50,766 bases of DNA from Alphaproteobacteria bacterium (GCA_017457425.1 JAFTHM010000001.1:1-50766); one strand, 5' to 3'; numbered from the stretch's first letter, positions 13,907 to 24,100 are shown. Program-made: numbers and translations. The notes: generated by a model from the sequence alone, not told the origin.

Positions 13907-14418
13907 TAAATACCTTTCACGATACCCCTTGTGATACATTGAGCAAAAACATTCGCTTTTTCTTTTAGCAGCTTTTCACCCTCTAAATTACTGATGAACT
14001 CGCATTCTACCAAAACGGCCGGGGCGTTGGTGTGTTTTAACACGTAAAATCTACCTTCTTTAATCCCCCTGTCTCTTGTTCTCAACGTTTTAACAATTTC
14101 ATCATTAATTGTTTTCGCTAATTTTTCCCCTTTGGCTGATCCCCTATAATAGAATGTTTCCGTTCCTCGTGCCTCTTTGTTTTCCGCTGAGTTACAATGG
14201 ATTGAGATGAAATAATCACACCGAGCGTCATTAGAGGTTTGGCAAACCTTCGCAAGACTCTTATCACTAACTGAAATAACTTCATAGCCTTTACCTTCCA
14301 AATATTTTTTAACATGACTGGCGATTACTTTTGTTATGTATGCCTCTTGAGTTCCATATTGACCGATTGCCCCTGGGACTAATCCATATTTGTGGCCAGC
14401 GTTTACGCAAATTCTCAT
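13906..14418 (-). CDS. N-acetylmuramoyl-L-alanine amidase endolysin (Amidase_3, catalytic domain only)
   Basis: VNAGH...E...SIHCNS...E pattern. ATGA overlap with the holin candidate. No wall-binding domain. Confidence 0.8.
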   Translation of the reverse strand: MRICVNAGHKYGLVPGAIGQYGTQEAYITKVIASHVKKYLEGKGYEVISVSDKSLAKVCQTSNDARCDYFISIHCNSAENKEARGTETFYYRGSAKGEKLAKTINDEIVKTLRTRDRGIKEGRFYVLKHTNAPAVLVECEFISNLEGEKLLKEKANVFAQCITRGIVKGI

Positions 14419-14660
14419 TCTTGATCACCCTTATCTAAGTTGTATTTTTTATTTAAAAATTTATTGCAAACTTGAGTTATAGCACCACCACCAGCGGTAA
14501 ACGTTGCAAACGTTTCATATTGGGCCCATTCTTTACCCGTAACCACTAAATAACCAGATACGATTAAAAACGCCATCCAAGCGGTTATTGCTATAAATCG
14601 TGTTAAACTGGCTCTATCGTTTTCCGTTAGTAGGTTCTTTATGATATTTTTCAAGGTCAT
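14415..14660 (-). CDS. Putative holin
   Basis: 81 aa with a TM segment FIAITAWMAFLIVSGYLVV, a second hydrophobic stretch and a charged C-terminus. Sits immediately upstream of the endolysin. Confidence 0.5.
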   Translation of the reverse strand: MTLKNIIKNLLTENDRASLTRFIAITAWMAFLIVSGYLVVTGKEWAQYETFATFTAGGGAITQVCNKFLNKKYNLDKGDQE

Positions 14661-14889
14661 CAATCCTTCTATGAGCTGTTTTGACTGAATCTTCAGTATG
14701 AGTAACTCGTTGTTCTAAAGAAATTTCTTTAACTTTCATATCTGTTAAATTCTGCTCCAATTTATCTATTGAATTGCTCAACAATTTAATAGCGTCTTTC
14801 AACGGCTTAATAATTGCAAAATTCAAAACTCCACCCGCAAAACTCATGATTGTTATTGTTTCAACAATAGTGTGTAATGAAATTTCCAT
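14614..14889 (-). CDS. Lysis-cassette membrane/coiled-coil protein (in the XhlA position)
   Basis: Hydrophobic N-terminus then a coiled coil. Occupies the position of xhlA in PBSX-type cassettes. Confidence 0.35.
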   Translation of the reverse strand: MEISLHTIVETITIMSFAGGVLNFAIIKPLKDAIKLLSNSIDKLEQNLTDMKVKEISLEQRVTHTEDSVKTAHRRIDDLEKYHKEPTNGKR

Positions 14890-14896
14890 AATAGCT

Positions 14897-15364
14897 CTAC
14901 TCCAAATAACCCAATTTAATTACAACATTTAACGGAACCACGTGTTGTAATAATGTTAAAATAGTTTCATGTTGACTGGCGTCTTTTGTTCGTATCAACA
15001 CTTCTAATAAACTACTATCATTTATATATTTCATTGTAAAGTTATTTTCGCCCATAAAGGCTAAAATCATATTTTCTAAAACTCGCCATGTGTATGGAAG
15101 TTTTAAGTTAAGATATGTTAAAATCCTTGTTTTCCTGGCGTCTAGCGTATCAGTCGGATTCGGAACAATCCCCAAAATTCTTTCCCACCGCTCAACGCCG
15201 TAATTACTGGCGTCTTTAACATACGATTCTTGTAAAATTCGCCTGACACATTCATATAATTTATTAAATTCGGGATTTTCAGCAGCCGCAATTTGTTGAA
15301 ATTCAGCTAAATTCTTAACAACAGGCGGCCAATATTCTTCAACCGTTACAATTCTATTGTCCAT
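14897..15364 (-). CDS. XkdU / DUF2313-like baseplate-associated tail protein
   Basis: Position after baseplate J. N-terminal YWPPVV..L.EF pattern. Confidence 0.6.
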   Translation of the reverse strand: MDNRIVTVEEYWPPVVKNLAEFQQIAAAENPEFNKLYECVRRILQESYVKDASNYGVERWERILGIVPNPTDTLDARKTRILTYLNLKLPYTWRVLENMILAFMGENNFTMKYINDSSLLEVLIRTKDASQHETILTLLQHVVPLNVVIKLGYLE

Positions 15365-16433
15365 TGATTGTTCCCCTACTTACTAATGAATCCTTATCAA
15401 CGGCTAAATTTTCCTCTTTACCGTTAATTTTCGTGCTTTTAATATCAATGATACCCTCAACGCTTAAAATCCGGCTTTCTAATTGGGCCAAACGAACGGT
15501 AATTTGTGAAAAATCCGCCCATTTTTTATTTAACTCGCTGAAATATTCATCAACAACCGCTTCAACTTTGGCTTTGCAAGAACTCCAGGTGTAGCCTTCA
15601 TCATAAGTCAACACTGTTTCAAGATTAATAACAGTATTATAAGCACCAATGACTGAAACAAAGTGACCGATTGGAGCAATCCCGACACCTTCCCCTTGAT
15701 TAATAACCGGATCTATTTCCGTTTGAACCTGATCAACCAATGTGAATGTCGGCACTCCATAATTACTATCAATAATTACAACTTTAACAGTTCCACCACC
15801 GTTCCATTGTGAAGCTCTATAAAGTTTTACACCGCCAACGCCTTGAATTGAAAGAATCTTATTTTTATAATCTAACTCATTACCACCGAATGCTTCCGCT
15901 TGCATTGAGGCAAAGTAACGGGCCCGTAATGTTTCTGTTTCTTCTTCATCTTCACCCAGGATTGAAACTTCAGTAATTTGAGCAGATTGCAAACCGTCAA
16001 TATAATCAATCGGTATTAATTGACCCGTCACACCGTTTGGCTCGCTTCCTAATGTTTCACATTGTAAATAATATAAACCGTTTCCAAGTCTTTTCGTTAT
16101 GGCATAGTTGAAGTCTTCATGTGAAAACCGTGTTCCAATTGGAAGATCAATTGTAGTTGGTTTAAAAGAACCTGTTACAATTGCATAACTAGCTGGCTTT
16201 GGTTTTAAACCCCGCTCAGCACACCTTCTTTTTAAATTTTCACGACTGGCCGTATCAGCGAACGTTTCATCAATAGCGGCGTCAATGGAAATATAAGCGT
16301 TTTGAAATTCAACAGACGCCGGGGCGGTTGAGTCATAAATAATTGAACCTTCACGTTTATCAAATTTGGCCGGAACTCGTGCCAACATTCTACTTAAAAT
16401 TTTATCTTGGGTTTCATTTTCGTATAAACTCAT
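15354..16433 (-). CDS. Baseplate J-like protein (XkdT-like)
   Basis: Size, synteny and a Baseplate_J-like N-terminus (ILSRMLARVP...REGSIIYD). Confidence 0.8.
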   Translation of the reverse strand: MSLYENETQDKILSRMLARVPAKFDKREGSIIYDSTAPASVEFQNAYISIDAAIDETFADTASRENLKRRCAERGLKPKPASYAIVTGSFKPTTIDLPIGTRFSHEDFNYAITKRLGNGLYYLQCETLGSEPNGVTGQLIPIDYIDGLQSAQITEVSILGEDEEETETLRARYFASMQAEAFGGNELDYKNKILSIQGVGGVKLYRASQWNGGGTVKVVIIDSNYGVPTFTLVDQVQTEIDPVINQGEGVGIAPIGHFVSVIGAYNTVINLETVLTYDEGYTWSSCKAKVEAVVDEYFSELNKKWADFSQITVRLAQLESRILSVEGIIDIKSTKINGKEENLAVDKDSLVSRGTINGQ

Positions 16434-16436
16434 TGT

Positions 16437-16877
16437 CTAAATCTCCACATTTAAATCAATTTTAACTTCACCAAAAATGGATGTTGCTTTGAATTTCACA
16501 TGAACCACGCTTCTTTTGGAAGTGTCAAATTCAAAATCACTCACGCTTTCCGTTCTATCATCAGCCATAACCGCTTCGGTAATTCGCCGTTCAAGTTCCG
16601 GCACCACATACGGGATTGGTTGCCCGAATAAATCCTCTAATTCAATGCCGTAGCTCCAAGAATAAATGAGGTATTTATACCGCTCAGTGCTTAATAACTT
16701 ATAAACCGCTTGTTCATAGGCTTTTAATTCATCAACAAAACCTGAAACCCGTTGAGTTTCAGTGTGCATTTTATAGGTTAAATTCGGCTGTGTTTCATAC
16801 TCAAACGCATTTGTTAAGCCGTCATTGTCTAAAACCATATTTGCCAGTGTGGGCGTCAATGTATCACTCATAACCAT
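16437..16877 (-). CDS. XkdS / DUF2634-like baseplate wedge protein (gp25/W-like)
   Basis: LSTERYKYLIYSWSYGIELEDLFG motif and synteny. Confidence 0.65.
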   Translation of the reverse strand: MVMSDTLTPTLANMVLDNDGLTNAFEYETQPNLTYKMHTETQRVSGFVDELKAYEQAVYKLLSTERYKYLIYSWSYGIELEDLFGQPIPYVVPELERRITEAVMADDRTESVSDFEFDTSKRSVVHVKFKATSIFGEVKIDLNVEI

Positions 16878-17353
16878 TCTCCATTTGTGGGCGGAATTTC
16901 AACTCGATCTAACACTAAATATCGTTGTCCACCCTGCAACCGTAATAATATAACTTTTTCGCCAACAGTCAAAGCATAATGTTGAATAACTCGTATTTTA
17001 TGCTTAATTTCATGTTTATGGGTTACATCTAAATCAACCGTTGTTTGTGTTATCTTGGTAACCGGTTGACCGTTCGGTTGAGTGTCTTCATACGGGTGTG
17101 TATGATCTTTAATTAAAAACTGGTCATTTTCCGTTTGAAAACTAACCGTTAAATCAACCGGGTGATCTTTAACCATATTTGAAAGAATTAAAGATTGTTC
17201 TTTTAAAATATGTTTTTGGTCAATTTTAATTGATAAGGGTGAAACTGTTTCAACGGTGCCAAAATACACATCAGCGGGTTTAATCGCATTTAAATAATTA
17301 CCGACAATTAGTTTCATAGATTCATTTAATGACGGTGCCGCAACGTTAACCAT
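16868..17353 (-). CDS. XkdR / DUF2577-like baseplate spike/plug protein
   Basis: Synteny. GAGGA lies 5 nt before ATG 17353. Confidence 0.55.
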   Translation of the reverse strand: MVNVAAPSLNESMKLIVGNYLNAIKPADVYFGTVETVSPLSIKIDQKHILKEQSLILSNMVKDHPVDLTVSFQTENDQFLIKDHTHPYEDTQPNGQPVTKITQTTVDLDVTHKHEIKHKIRVIQHYALTVGEKVILLRLQGGQRYLVLDRVEIPPTNGEWL

Positions 17354-18341
17354 AAAATTCCTCATTCCCGTTTAAAGTTAAATCCATAGTGTGATGACCA
17401 TTGTTGAAATAGTGCGTTGCTTTTTCAACCAGCATGTGTTGTTTGGCTATCATATCGCCTAAATTTAAATCAAGATAAACACCGCTCCCGGCTCTAACCC
17501 GAATATCACCAAGATGATTTTTGACCGTTAAATTTCTAAAAACTTTATTATGCAATTTTAATAACGCTTTAGCTTTAGCAGCGGCATTTTCACCGTTTTG
17601 AACTTCTTCATAATGTTGCAATACACCCCAACGGCCAATGTTGGTTAAATCCTGGGCAACAGTTGGAACCCCCGCCCCGTCATTATCAGATTTTGTCACT
17701 AATAAAATACGGTTATATGTATTTGAATCAATGGATGTTGTATAATCAAAATCTTCGGCGGTTGAACCGTTTATCAATAAATCTGTCTTTGATGATGTGA
17801 TGTTTTTAAGCGTTAAACGGCCAAAGTCATCATATAAATAAAATAACTGGCCCGTATTCATAACGGTTAAGTCAATGGCGTCTAAAATCGTATCTAAAAC
17901 CGTTTGATTCGGGCAGTCCAATGTTGGTATGATAAAACCTGTATTTTCTAAAGTGCCAGTTCTTAATTTAAAATCTTCAGCGATTCGCTTTACAACCTGA
18001 TCCGCTCTTATCCCATACAAAACATACGTTGTTTTGGCTTTTAAATATCGTATCTGGTCATAAGCGGTAACTTGAATATGATGATCTTTGTTTCTTTGTT
18101 TTTCAAACACATACCCAAAGAAAACATTTGTATCACCATATCTAACGGCTACTTCCGCACCTTCGGAAAAACTCAACGAATCATCTTTAATAACGGTAAA
18201 TGATAATTTACCCGGCTCACCTTTTCGGGCCGTTTCCCATGTGATACCCTCAAGAACGGCGGGTTCTTGAATACGCCCACCGCTGTATATTTGTAATGTT
18301 AATTTAGTGTCATTCCCTAATAAATTTGAAACTATACTCAT
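17346..18341 (-). CDS. XkdQ-like (gpD / late-control-D-like) baseplate hub protein
   Basis: Synteny and size. GAGGGTG RBS before ATG 18341. Confidence 0.65.
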   Translation of the reverse strand: MSIVSNLLGNDTKLTLQIYSGGRIQEPAVLEGITWETARKGEPGKLSFTVIKDDSLSFSEGAEVAVRYGDTNVFFGYVFEKQRNKDHHIQVTAYDQIRYLKAKTTYVLYGIRADQVVKRIAEDFKLRTGTLENTGFIIPTLDCPNQTVLDTILDAIDLTVMNTGQLFYLYDDFGRLTLKNITSSKTDLLINGSTAEDFDYTTSIDSNTYNRILLVTKSDNDGAGVPTVAQDLTNIGRWGVLQHYEEVQNGENAAAKAKALLKLHNKVFRNLTVKNHLGDIRVRAGSGVYLDLNLGDMIAKQHMLVEKATHYFNNGHHTMDLTLNGNEEFYG

Positions 18342-18352
18342 TACAAACACCC

Positions 18353-19027
18353 TCAACTAAATCTTATTGTTTGACCTACATATATTAAATCCGGGTTTGA
18401 AATGTTATTTAACTTTGCAATCTCTTTATATTTTGAACCGTCACCCAGATGTTTTTTGCAAAGGTTCCAAAGCGTATCGCCGGATTTTACAACAACCGTT
18501 TTCGGTGTTTTTTTGGAACTTGTATCACGGGATTTATTCATTACCGCCGTCACCGCAGCCGCACCGGCCGCTTGAGCAATCGTTGACAATTTTATTGAGT
18601 TAGTGCCATACGGTTTATATTCTTTCAAAGCAATGTTACACATCACGTCAAAACCGTGTGAACTGGCGTCTTCATCATAATCAAAATCTTCAATTTGACA
18701 TTTGATGTTTGTGAAAAATAAAACCTTACCCCTTGGATTCATACGGGTAACAATGAATTGGAACGGCTCTTTGCTTTTCTTCAATTCATTTAATAACGGA
18801 ATCATGGTTGTCGCCGTATAATTTGAAATTGAATAATTAGCAAACGGATATTTTTGTTGAGGCAACATAAACTCAAAAGAAATTTCTCGTAAACCTTGTT
18901 CTTTTAAAATATTAACTTCGCCGTCATTAATTAAAGTGACCGTTGTATTTTTAGAGGGTGTTTTAATGTTTAATGCTCCAGGTGTCACCGGAAGTGGAAC
19001 CACACCAAAGAAAAAATAATATGCCAT
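18353..19027 (-). CDS. LysM-domain tail protein (XkdP-like)
   Basis: C-terminal LysM: VVVKSGDTLWNLCKKHLGDGSKYKEIAKLNNISNPDLIYVGQTIRF. Confidence 0.8.
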   Translation of the reverse strand: MAYYFFFGVVPLPVTPGALNIKTPSKNTTVTLINDGEVNILKEQGLREISFEFMLPQQKYPFANYSISNYTATTMIPLLNELKKSKEPFQFIVTRMNPRGKVLFFTNIKCQIEDFDYDEDASSHGFDVMCNIALKEYKPYGTNSIKLSTIAQAAGAAAVTAVMNKSRDTSSKKTPKTVVVKSGDTLWNLCKKHLGDGSKYKEIAKLNNISNPDLIYVGQTIRFS

Positions 19028-19041
19028 GTTTCAAATTCCTC

Positions 19042-21339
19042 CTAATAATGCACACCTTCAGCGGTTGACAACACACCTTCATAAACTTTTTTCTGTAAAT
19101 AATCAACAACAGAATCTAAATCCATATTGGATGAAATGTTATTATTATTATTCATTTCAACTTTCAGATCGGTTAATGTATAACGGTTAATTGCCTCTTG
19201 TTCGGCCAAATCCCTCATATAACTTAAATCTTCATCGGACGCAGCAATATCAGCCGTATTTTTAGCAATATCACCGGTTGTATTTGCGATTTTATCCAAT
19301 GCCGGATTATTACCATATCCACCGCCTACGGCTTTACCCAAATCATTTAATGGAGAACCATCTTTGAGATTACCGTATTTATCAACATTTCCAGCTCCAT
19401 ATTTTTCAATCAAATCTTTTAATTCTTGCGTTCCCGTCAAATCCTTGTAATTTTTACCGGAAAAGAAATTCTTTAATTGGGCCATTTTATCATCGCCCCA
19501 AGTTTGACCTTTATCAAAATATGCACTTTTATCAACTAAATCATTTTCAGTCCACTTGCGATCAACTTGATATTTGTCATAAGAACCATCCCAACCACGA
19601 TCAGCTTTGAACGGTGTATATTCGCTCAACTCACTTTTAGCGGTTGCGATTGCACCGCTCAAATCAGATTGAATGCCAGCGGTGATGGATGATTTACTTT
19701 CAGATAAAAGTTCAGCTTTTCCCAACCCCAAGAAACTACTTATAGAATCCGGTAAAACGCCAACAAATGCGTTCCAAGCACTTAAAGCCTCATTGATTGC
19801 CCAAATAAAACCATTTGCCAAGGCATTTACAAAACTATCAACGCCTTTACACATACTTACGCAACATTCCAAAACAGAAACCGCAAAATTCACCATTCCC
19901 TGTTTGGCATTGTGAAAACCTTCAAGAAAGAAGTTTACGATTGCTTCAACACATTTGTAGAATCCGTCATAAATCCAATAAGCGGCTTCATAACAACCGT
20001 TTACAATCCACTCTAAAGCGTCACATAAGAATAAATAAGTGTGAATGAGCCCGTTACAAATAGCACCAAAACACCACATCGCCGCACCAGTCACATGGCC
20101 AAAAGTTACACCCATTTGATTCAAAGCATAGATTAAAAGGGCGATTCCAGCCACTATGAGCAAAATAGGCCAGTTCATAACTAACCACCCAGCAACCGCC
20201 GCCCAAATAGCCGTTACCATACTCCACAATTTAGCAATGATCACCGGCAAATAGACAACACCTATCGCAATTAAAATCGGTTCAAGATATGCCCAATTAT
20301 CATAAATAAAAGCAAATAATTTTTGAACAACTGAAAACAACCAACCTAAAATTCTACCAATTCCACTAAAAGCATTTCCAACGGCATTGGCAAAATTAAT
20401 AAACCGTTCCGAACTGGTTATTTTACCAATGGCTTTTAAAATAGGTTCGGTCATTTTAAGAGCATAGTTTTTCATCATTACCCACACTTGGCCCCAAGTT
20501 ACGGGCATATTTTTAAATTTGTCTTCAATATCACCAGCCGCACCCAAAATAGCACTTTTAATGCTTGCAGCTGTAATTTTCCCCTCAGAACCTAATTTTT
20601 TCAATTCACCTCTAGTAACACCGAGATGTTCAGCAATCGTATTCAAAACAATAGGAGCTTGCTCACCAATACTTTTTAATTCATCACCTTGTAAAACCCC
20701 AGAACCAAGAGCTTGAGTTAATTGCAACATTGCCGCACTGGCTTCATTTGCATTGACCCCCGCAACAACAAACATTTTATTTAATGTTTCAGCAAATGCG
20801 ATTGTTTCATCATTATTTGAGAAAGCGTCTTTAGCGTTGTTACTTAATTTAATAACGGCGTCCGCTGTATCTAAATAAGCCGCACGAGAACGCATGGCCG
20901 ATTGATAAATCTTATTTTGTAAATCAACTGTTTTTTGTGTGCCATCGTTTATGAAGTTTAACCTGGCATTTAAAGAAGTCATTTCATCCGCTGTGTTAAT
21001 AATCCCTTTGGCACTTTGAAAGCCTAAATACACACCAGCGACACTTTTTAATTTGCTCCATAATCCATTCGCCGCACTGGTGCCGTTATGAACACTTCTA
21101 TTAAAATTATTTTGAGCGGTTGTATTTTGTTTAATTTCAGTTTCAATGTTGTTGAAACTTACTTGAGCTTTTGCAAGTTCTTGTCGGGCCGTTTGAATGT
21201 TCTTTGTATTAATGGAACGGCCAGACGCCCTTTGCATTGCCTCAAAGTTATTCAAGACAATGTTTAAAGCCTTGCTCATAGATTGTAAAGCAGGGGTCAT
21301 CCCATCGGTTAATTTAATACTTGATTGAATTGTTGCCAT
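19042..21339 (-). CDS. Tape measure protein
   Basis: 765 aa, helical N-terminus, central hydrophobic block, and position after the chaperone pair. Confidence 0.85.
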   Translation of the reverse strand: MATIQSSIKLTDGMTPALQSMSKALNIVLNNFEAMQRASGRSINTKNIQTARQELAKAQVSFNNIETEIKQNTTAQNNFNRSVHNGTSAANGLWSKLKSVAGVYLGFQSAKGIINTADEMTSLNARLNFINDGTQKTVDLQNKIYQSAMRSRAAYLDTADAVIKLSNNAKDAFSNNDETIAFAETLNKMFVVAGVNANEASAAMLQLTQALGSGVLQGDELKSIGEQAPIVLNTIAEHLGVTRGELKKLGSEGKITAASIKSAILGAAGDIEDKFKNMPVTWGQVWVMMKNYALKMTEPILKAIGKITSSERFINFANAVGNAFSGIGRILGWLFSVVQKLFAFIYDNWAYLEPILIAIGVVYLPVIIAKLWSMVTAIWAAVAGWLVMNWPILLIVAGIALLIYALNQMGVTFGHVTGAAMWCFGAICNGLIHTYLFLCDALEWIVNGCYEAAYWIYDGFYKCVEAIVNFFLEGFHNAKQGMVNFAVSVLECCVSMCKGVDSFVNALANGFIWAINEALSAWNAFVGVLPDSISSFLGLGKAELLSESKSSITAGIQSDLSGAIATAKSELSEYTPFKADRGWDGSYDKYQVDRKWTENDLVDKSAYFDKGQTWGDDKMAQLKNFFSGKNYKDLTGTQELKDLIEKYGAGNVDKYGNLKDGSPLNDLGKAVGGGYGNNPALDKIANTTGDIAKNTADIAASDEDLSYMRDLAEQEAINRYTLTDLKVEMNNNNNISSNMDLDSVVDYLQKKVYEGVLSTAEGVHY

Positions 21340-21350
21340 TGGTTTAACCC

Positions 21351-21548
21351 CTACCTTTTCCGTTTTTTGTTAGCCTTAGCTTTTTTCTCTTGCTGTTTGT
21401 CATTTTCAATTTTTACTTGAATAGCCGCAATGATAAAAGCCTGTTCATATCTATCCATTGCCTCCCATTGACGAGGCGTTATTCTGAGTTTGTGAAGGCA
21501 ATAATAAGCCACGTTTGCTTCGGTATCACCTTCTTTGATTAGTTTTTT
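21351..21548 (-). CDS. -1 frameshift extension of the tail assembly chaperone
   Basis: The -1 frame is open from the slippery site to TAG 21351-21353 (about 66 codons: KKLIKEGDTEANVAYYCLHKLRITPRQWEAMDRYEQAFIIAAIQVKIENDKQQEKKAKANKKRKR). Confidence 0.65.
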   Translation of the reverse strand, partial: KKLIKEGDTEANVAYYCLHKLRITPRQWEAMDRYEQAFIIAAIQVKIENDKQQEKKAKANKKRKR

Positions 21549-21964
21549 GCTTCTTCAACATCCTCATTAATATCTTTAAAACCGTTAAACTCAAGAATTT
21601 TAGCCGATAATCTGTTATAATCAGCAGCAGATAACATAGTCAAAACTAATTGTTCAGCACCCATGACACCGTAACTATCTTGTAAATCTTTATCGTTCAG
21701 ATCGGGTGTAACAAGAGCGTGACAGATTAATTTTGTGTTGTATTTACCCATGTTCAACTCACGAGTAAATTGACCTGGTTTTCCGGCCACTGGGATTTTA
21801 TCCAAACATTCATTTTGAATTCGTTCATTTTCACCAGCCGTCAAATGTTTAATTTCCCATTCCAACAAATTACCTTCTTCATCCACAAAATCAGCACTCA
21901 ATTTGAATTTTAAATTTTCGTGTTTCTTTTTATTTTGAGCCATAAACGCTTTAAATTTTGACAT
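21539..21964 (-). CDS. Tail assembly chaperone (XkdN-like)
   Basis: Lies between tube and tape measure. 141 aa with an acidic C-terminus. Confidence 0.75.
   Translation of the reverse strand: MSKFKAFMAQNKKKHENLKFKLSADFVDEEGNLLEWEIKHLTAGENERIQNECLDKIPVAGKPGQFTRELNMGKYNTKLICHALVTPDLNDKDLQDSYGVMGAEQLVLTMLSAADYNRLSAKILEFNGFKDINEDVEEAKN
21542..21548 (-). promoter_or_regulatory. Slippery heptamer A_AAA_AAC (programmed -1 frameshift site)
   Basis: The zero frame reads GCA AAA AAC TAA, so the heptamer is in X_XXY_YYZ register directly before the stop. Confidence 0.65.
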
Positions 21965-21997
21965 AGTATAAACTCCTTTCTTTTACATAAATCAAAA

Positions 21998-22471
21998 TTA
22001 TTCCATACCAGGTAAGACGTTGAATTTTTCTGGGATTTCAAAGTCTTCAAATGTGAAGTCAAATTCATCCTCTAAATATTCACCGTCAGCGTCAAATTTT
22101 GTAAGAATACCACCGTCAAGGTTGCAATCTTTCAAAATAACTGTTTGGCGGCCAACGCTTGATGTTTTATCTTCATTCGTAACTTGAATGTCAAAATAAA
22201 CATCTTCGCCGGTTTCTTTATAACGTTTCAACAATTCTCTAAAAATTGTCGTGTTATAATGGAATGTTGCTGAACCTGTTCCAGTCCAACCAGTTGCCTT
22301 GTTTCCTTTTCCGGTTTTACCCAAAATAGGAACTTCGGTTTTGTTTTTTTCCATAGTAGCTTCCAAATTGATAGCCTGCATGAAGTTATAACGTTTATTT
22401 TCAATCGTTACATAACATTCAGCTAATGGAGCTGAAACGGTGTCTTTTGCGTTTAAGATTTGATTTGCCAT
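21998..22471 (-). CDS. Tail tube protein (XkdM-like)
   Basis: Synteny after the sheath, and size. Confidence 0.8.
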   Translation of the reverse strand: MANQILNAKDTVSAPLAECYVTIENKRYNFMQAINLEATMEKNKTEVPILGKTGKGNKATGWTGTGSATFHYNTTIFRELLKRYKETGEDVYFDIQVTNEDKTSSVGRQTVILKDCNLDGGILTKFDADGEYLEDEFDFTFEDFEIPEKFNVLPGME

Positions 22472-22482
22472 TTTTCTTCTCC

Positions 22483-23790
22483 TTAATTAACAACGGTTGT
22501 CATATAAAGTTTTTCCATTGTTCCAATTACCGTGATTACTTCATTTACAACAACGGATGTTTTTTTCTCACCTTGTTCAACTGTCAAAGAATCAGCGTCA
22601 TACGTTTCAATGGCTCGGATTCGTTCCATTTGTCTCGCATGTGAAACTAATTCATTCCAGTATGAAACACGGCCGCTCTTGTCGTTTTGAACTTTGCCAA
22701 AATAGTTAGTATTGAAAATACTTCCGGTATCATTGGCCCTTTGATCAGCTACACGGACAACCTGGTTATTTGAGAAAATTTCACCTTTTTCCGGTGTATG
22801 TGAAACAAAGGTGTTAATATCCATCAACACTCTAATAACATCTTCGACTTTGTGGAACATGAATTTACCGTCTAAAATACCCGCTTCAAGTTCGGATTGT
22901 GTATGTTTACAATCAATATCCAATTCACCATCATATTTTTTATTGGTGTTTGATTTGTTGATTGCACACCCACCGATTGCACCAGCTACCCAATAAATTG
23001 CTGCGTATTCATCAGCACCATTTACTGAGTTTTCAACTGAAACAATACCTTCATAATCGGCCAAAGTGCGATATACAACCGTTTGGAATTTAACACCGAC
23101 TTGATCACGCATTCTTTTTGTAAATGCCACAAATAAAGCGATTGTTGACGCTTCAGTTGTCGGGCAAACAAGAGCGTTAAAGTTATGATGAGCTTCTAAT
23201 TTATCAAGAGCCGCTTGATAACTTGCCCCTGTTAATTCAGACCCATTCGTTCCACCCGTTAATGATGTTCCGGCTGTTTCCGTTAATGTTGCTTCTTTGT
23301 TATATGTAACAAAATCGTTGTCAACCAATTCGGAAGCATTGGCAACCGTTTGAGAATCAATTTTTGTTGTTCCTAAATAAAGGGCAACATCTTTTTTACT
23401 TTCATCATCAATATTAGCGGAAATGACATATTTTAAAGCATTACCACGAACACCGGCATATTTTGCCGTTGCTAATGCGGAAGTTGCTTTAACACCGCCA
23501 GCGTTCAAGTTATAAACATGAACTTTGACCGCATTTAAAAAGATTTCACGCAACGGCATGACTTCCGGTGCTGAATAGTCATACCCTAAAAGTTTTAATG
23601 AATTTTTTTGAAAGTCTTCACTTGTAATTGTAAAAACTTCTTCCTGTTTGCCCCAATCCAAGGCAATAGGTAACGCAACAACGCCCCTATCACTTAGAGT
23701 TGCAGACGCTCTAGCCGCACTGATGACATTAATGTAAGCACCAGGCAAGATTTTGTTTTGTGAAGTGAAATTACCGCCACCTAACGCCAT
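22483..23790 (-). CDS. Contractile tail sheath protein (XkdK-like)
   Basis: N-terminus MALGGGNFTSQNKILPGAYIN is typical of sheath proteins; 435 aa. Confidence 0.9.
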   Translation of the reverse strand: MALGGGNFTSQNKILPGAYINVISAARASATLSDRGVVALPIALDWGKQEEVFTITSEDFQKNSLKLLGYDYSAPEVMPLREIFLNAVKVHVYNLNAGGVKATSALATAKYAGVRGNALKYVISANIDDESKKDVALYLGTTKIDSQTVANASELVDNDFVTYNKEATLTETAGTSLTGGTNGSELTGASYQAALDKLEAHHNFNALVCPTTEASTIALFVAFTKRMRDQVGVKFQTVVYRTLADYEGIVSVENSVNGADEYAAIYWVAGAIGGCAINKSNTNKKYDGELDIDCKHTQSELEAGILDGKFMFHKVEDVIRVLMDINTFVSHTPEKGEIFSNNQVVRVADQRANDTGSIFNTNYFGKVQNDKSGRVSYWNELVSHARQMERIRAIETYDADSLTVEQGEKKTSVVVNEVITVIGTMEKLYMTTVVN

Positions 23791-23802
23791 GATCTTATCC
23801 TC

Positions 23803-24099
23803 CTATTTTTTCTTGAACAAAAAATTGTTAATAACATCTTCAACCTCTTTGATTGAATATGTTTTTTTATCGTCTAACAACGCATTGACCAAATCTTTAT
23901 GTTTGGCAAATTTGCGTGAAGTGACAAATTGTTTTTTTGTAAATTTTGCAACCTTTTCAGTTTTAGCTTTAGCCGGTTCAGCTTTAACGTCTTCCGGTTT
24001 GACTTCTTCAGCTTTAACGTCTTCCGGTTTGACTTCTTCCGTTACAACCGGTTCCGCTTTAACTTCTTCGGCTACAACATTTTGAGTTTTTTTGGCCAT
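23803..24099 (-). CDS. Lys/Glu-rich repeat protein (98 aa)
   Basis: GGAGG RBS before ATG 24099. Contains EEVKPEDVKA repeats. Confidence 0.6.
   Translation of the reverse strand: MAKKTQNVVAEEVKAEPVVTEEVKPEDVKAEEVKPEDVKAEPAKAKTEKVAKFTKKQFVTSRKFAKHKDLVNALLDDKKTYSIKEVEDVINNFLFKKK
23981..24040. repeat. 30-bp tandem repeat, two copies (29 of 30 identical)
   Basis: gctttaacgtcttccggtttgacttcttca occurs twice in tandem. It encodes EEVKPEDVKA. Confidence 0.85.
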
Positions 24100-24100
24100 A

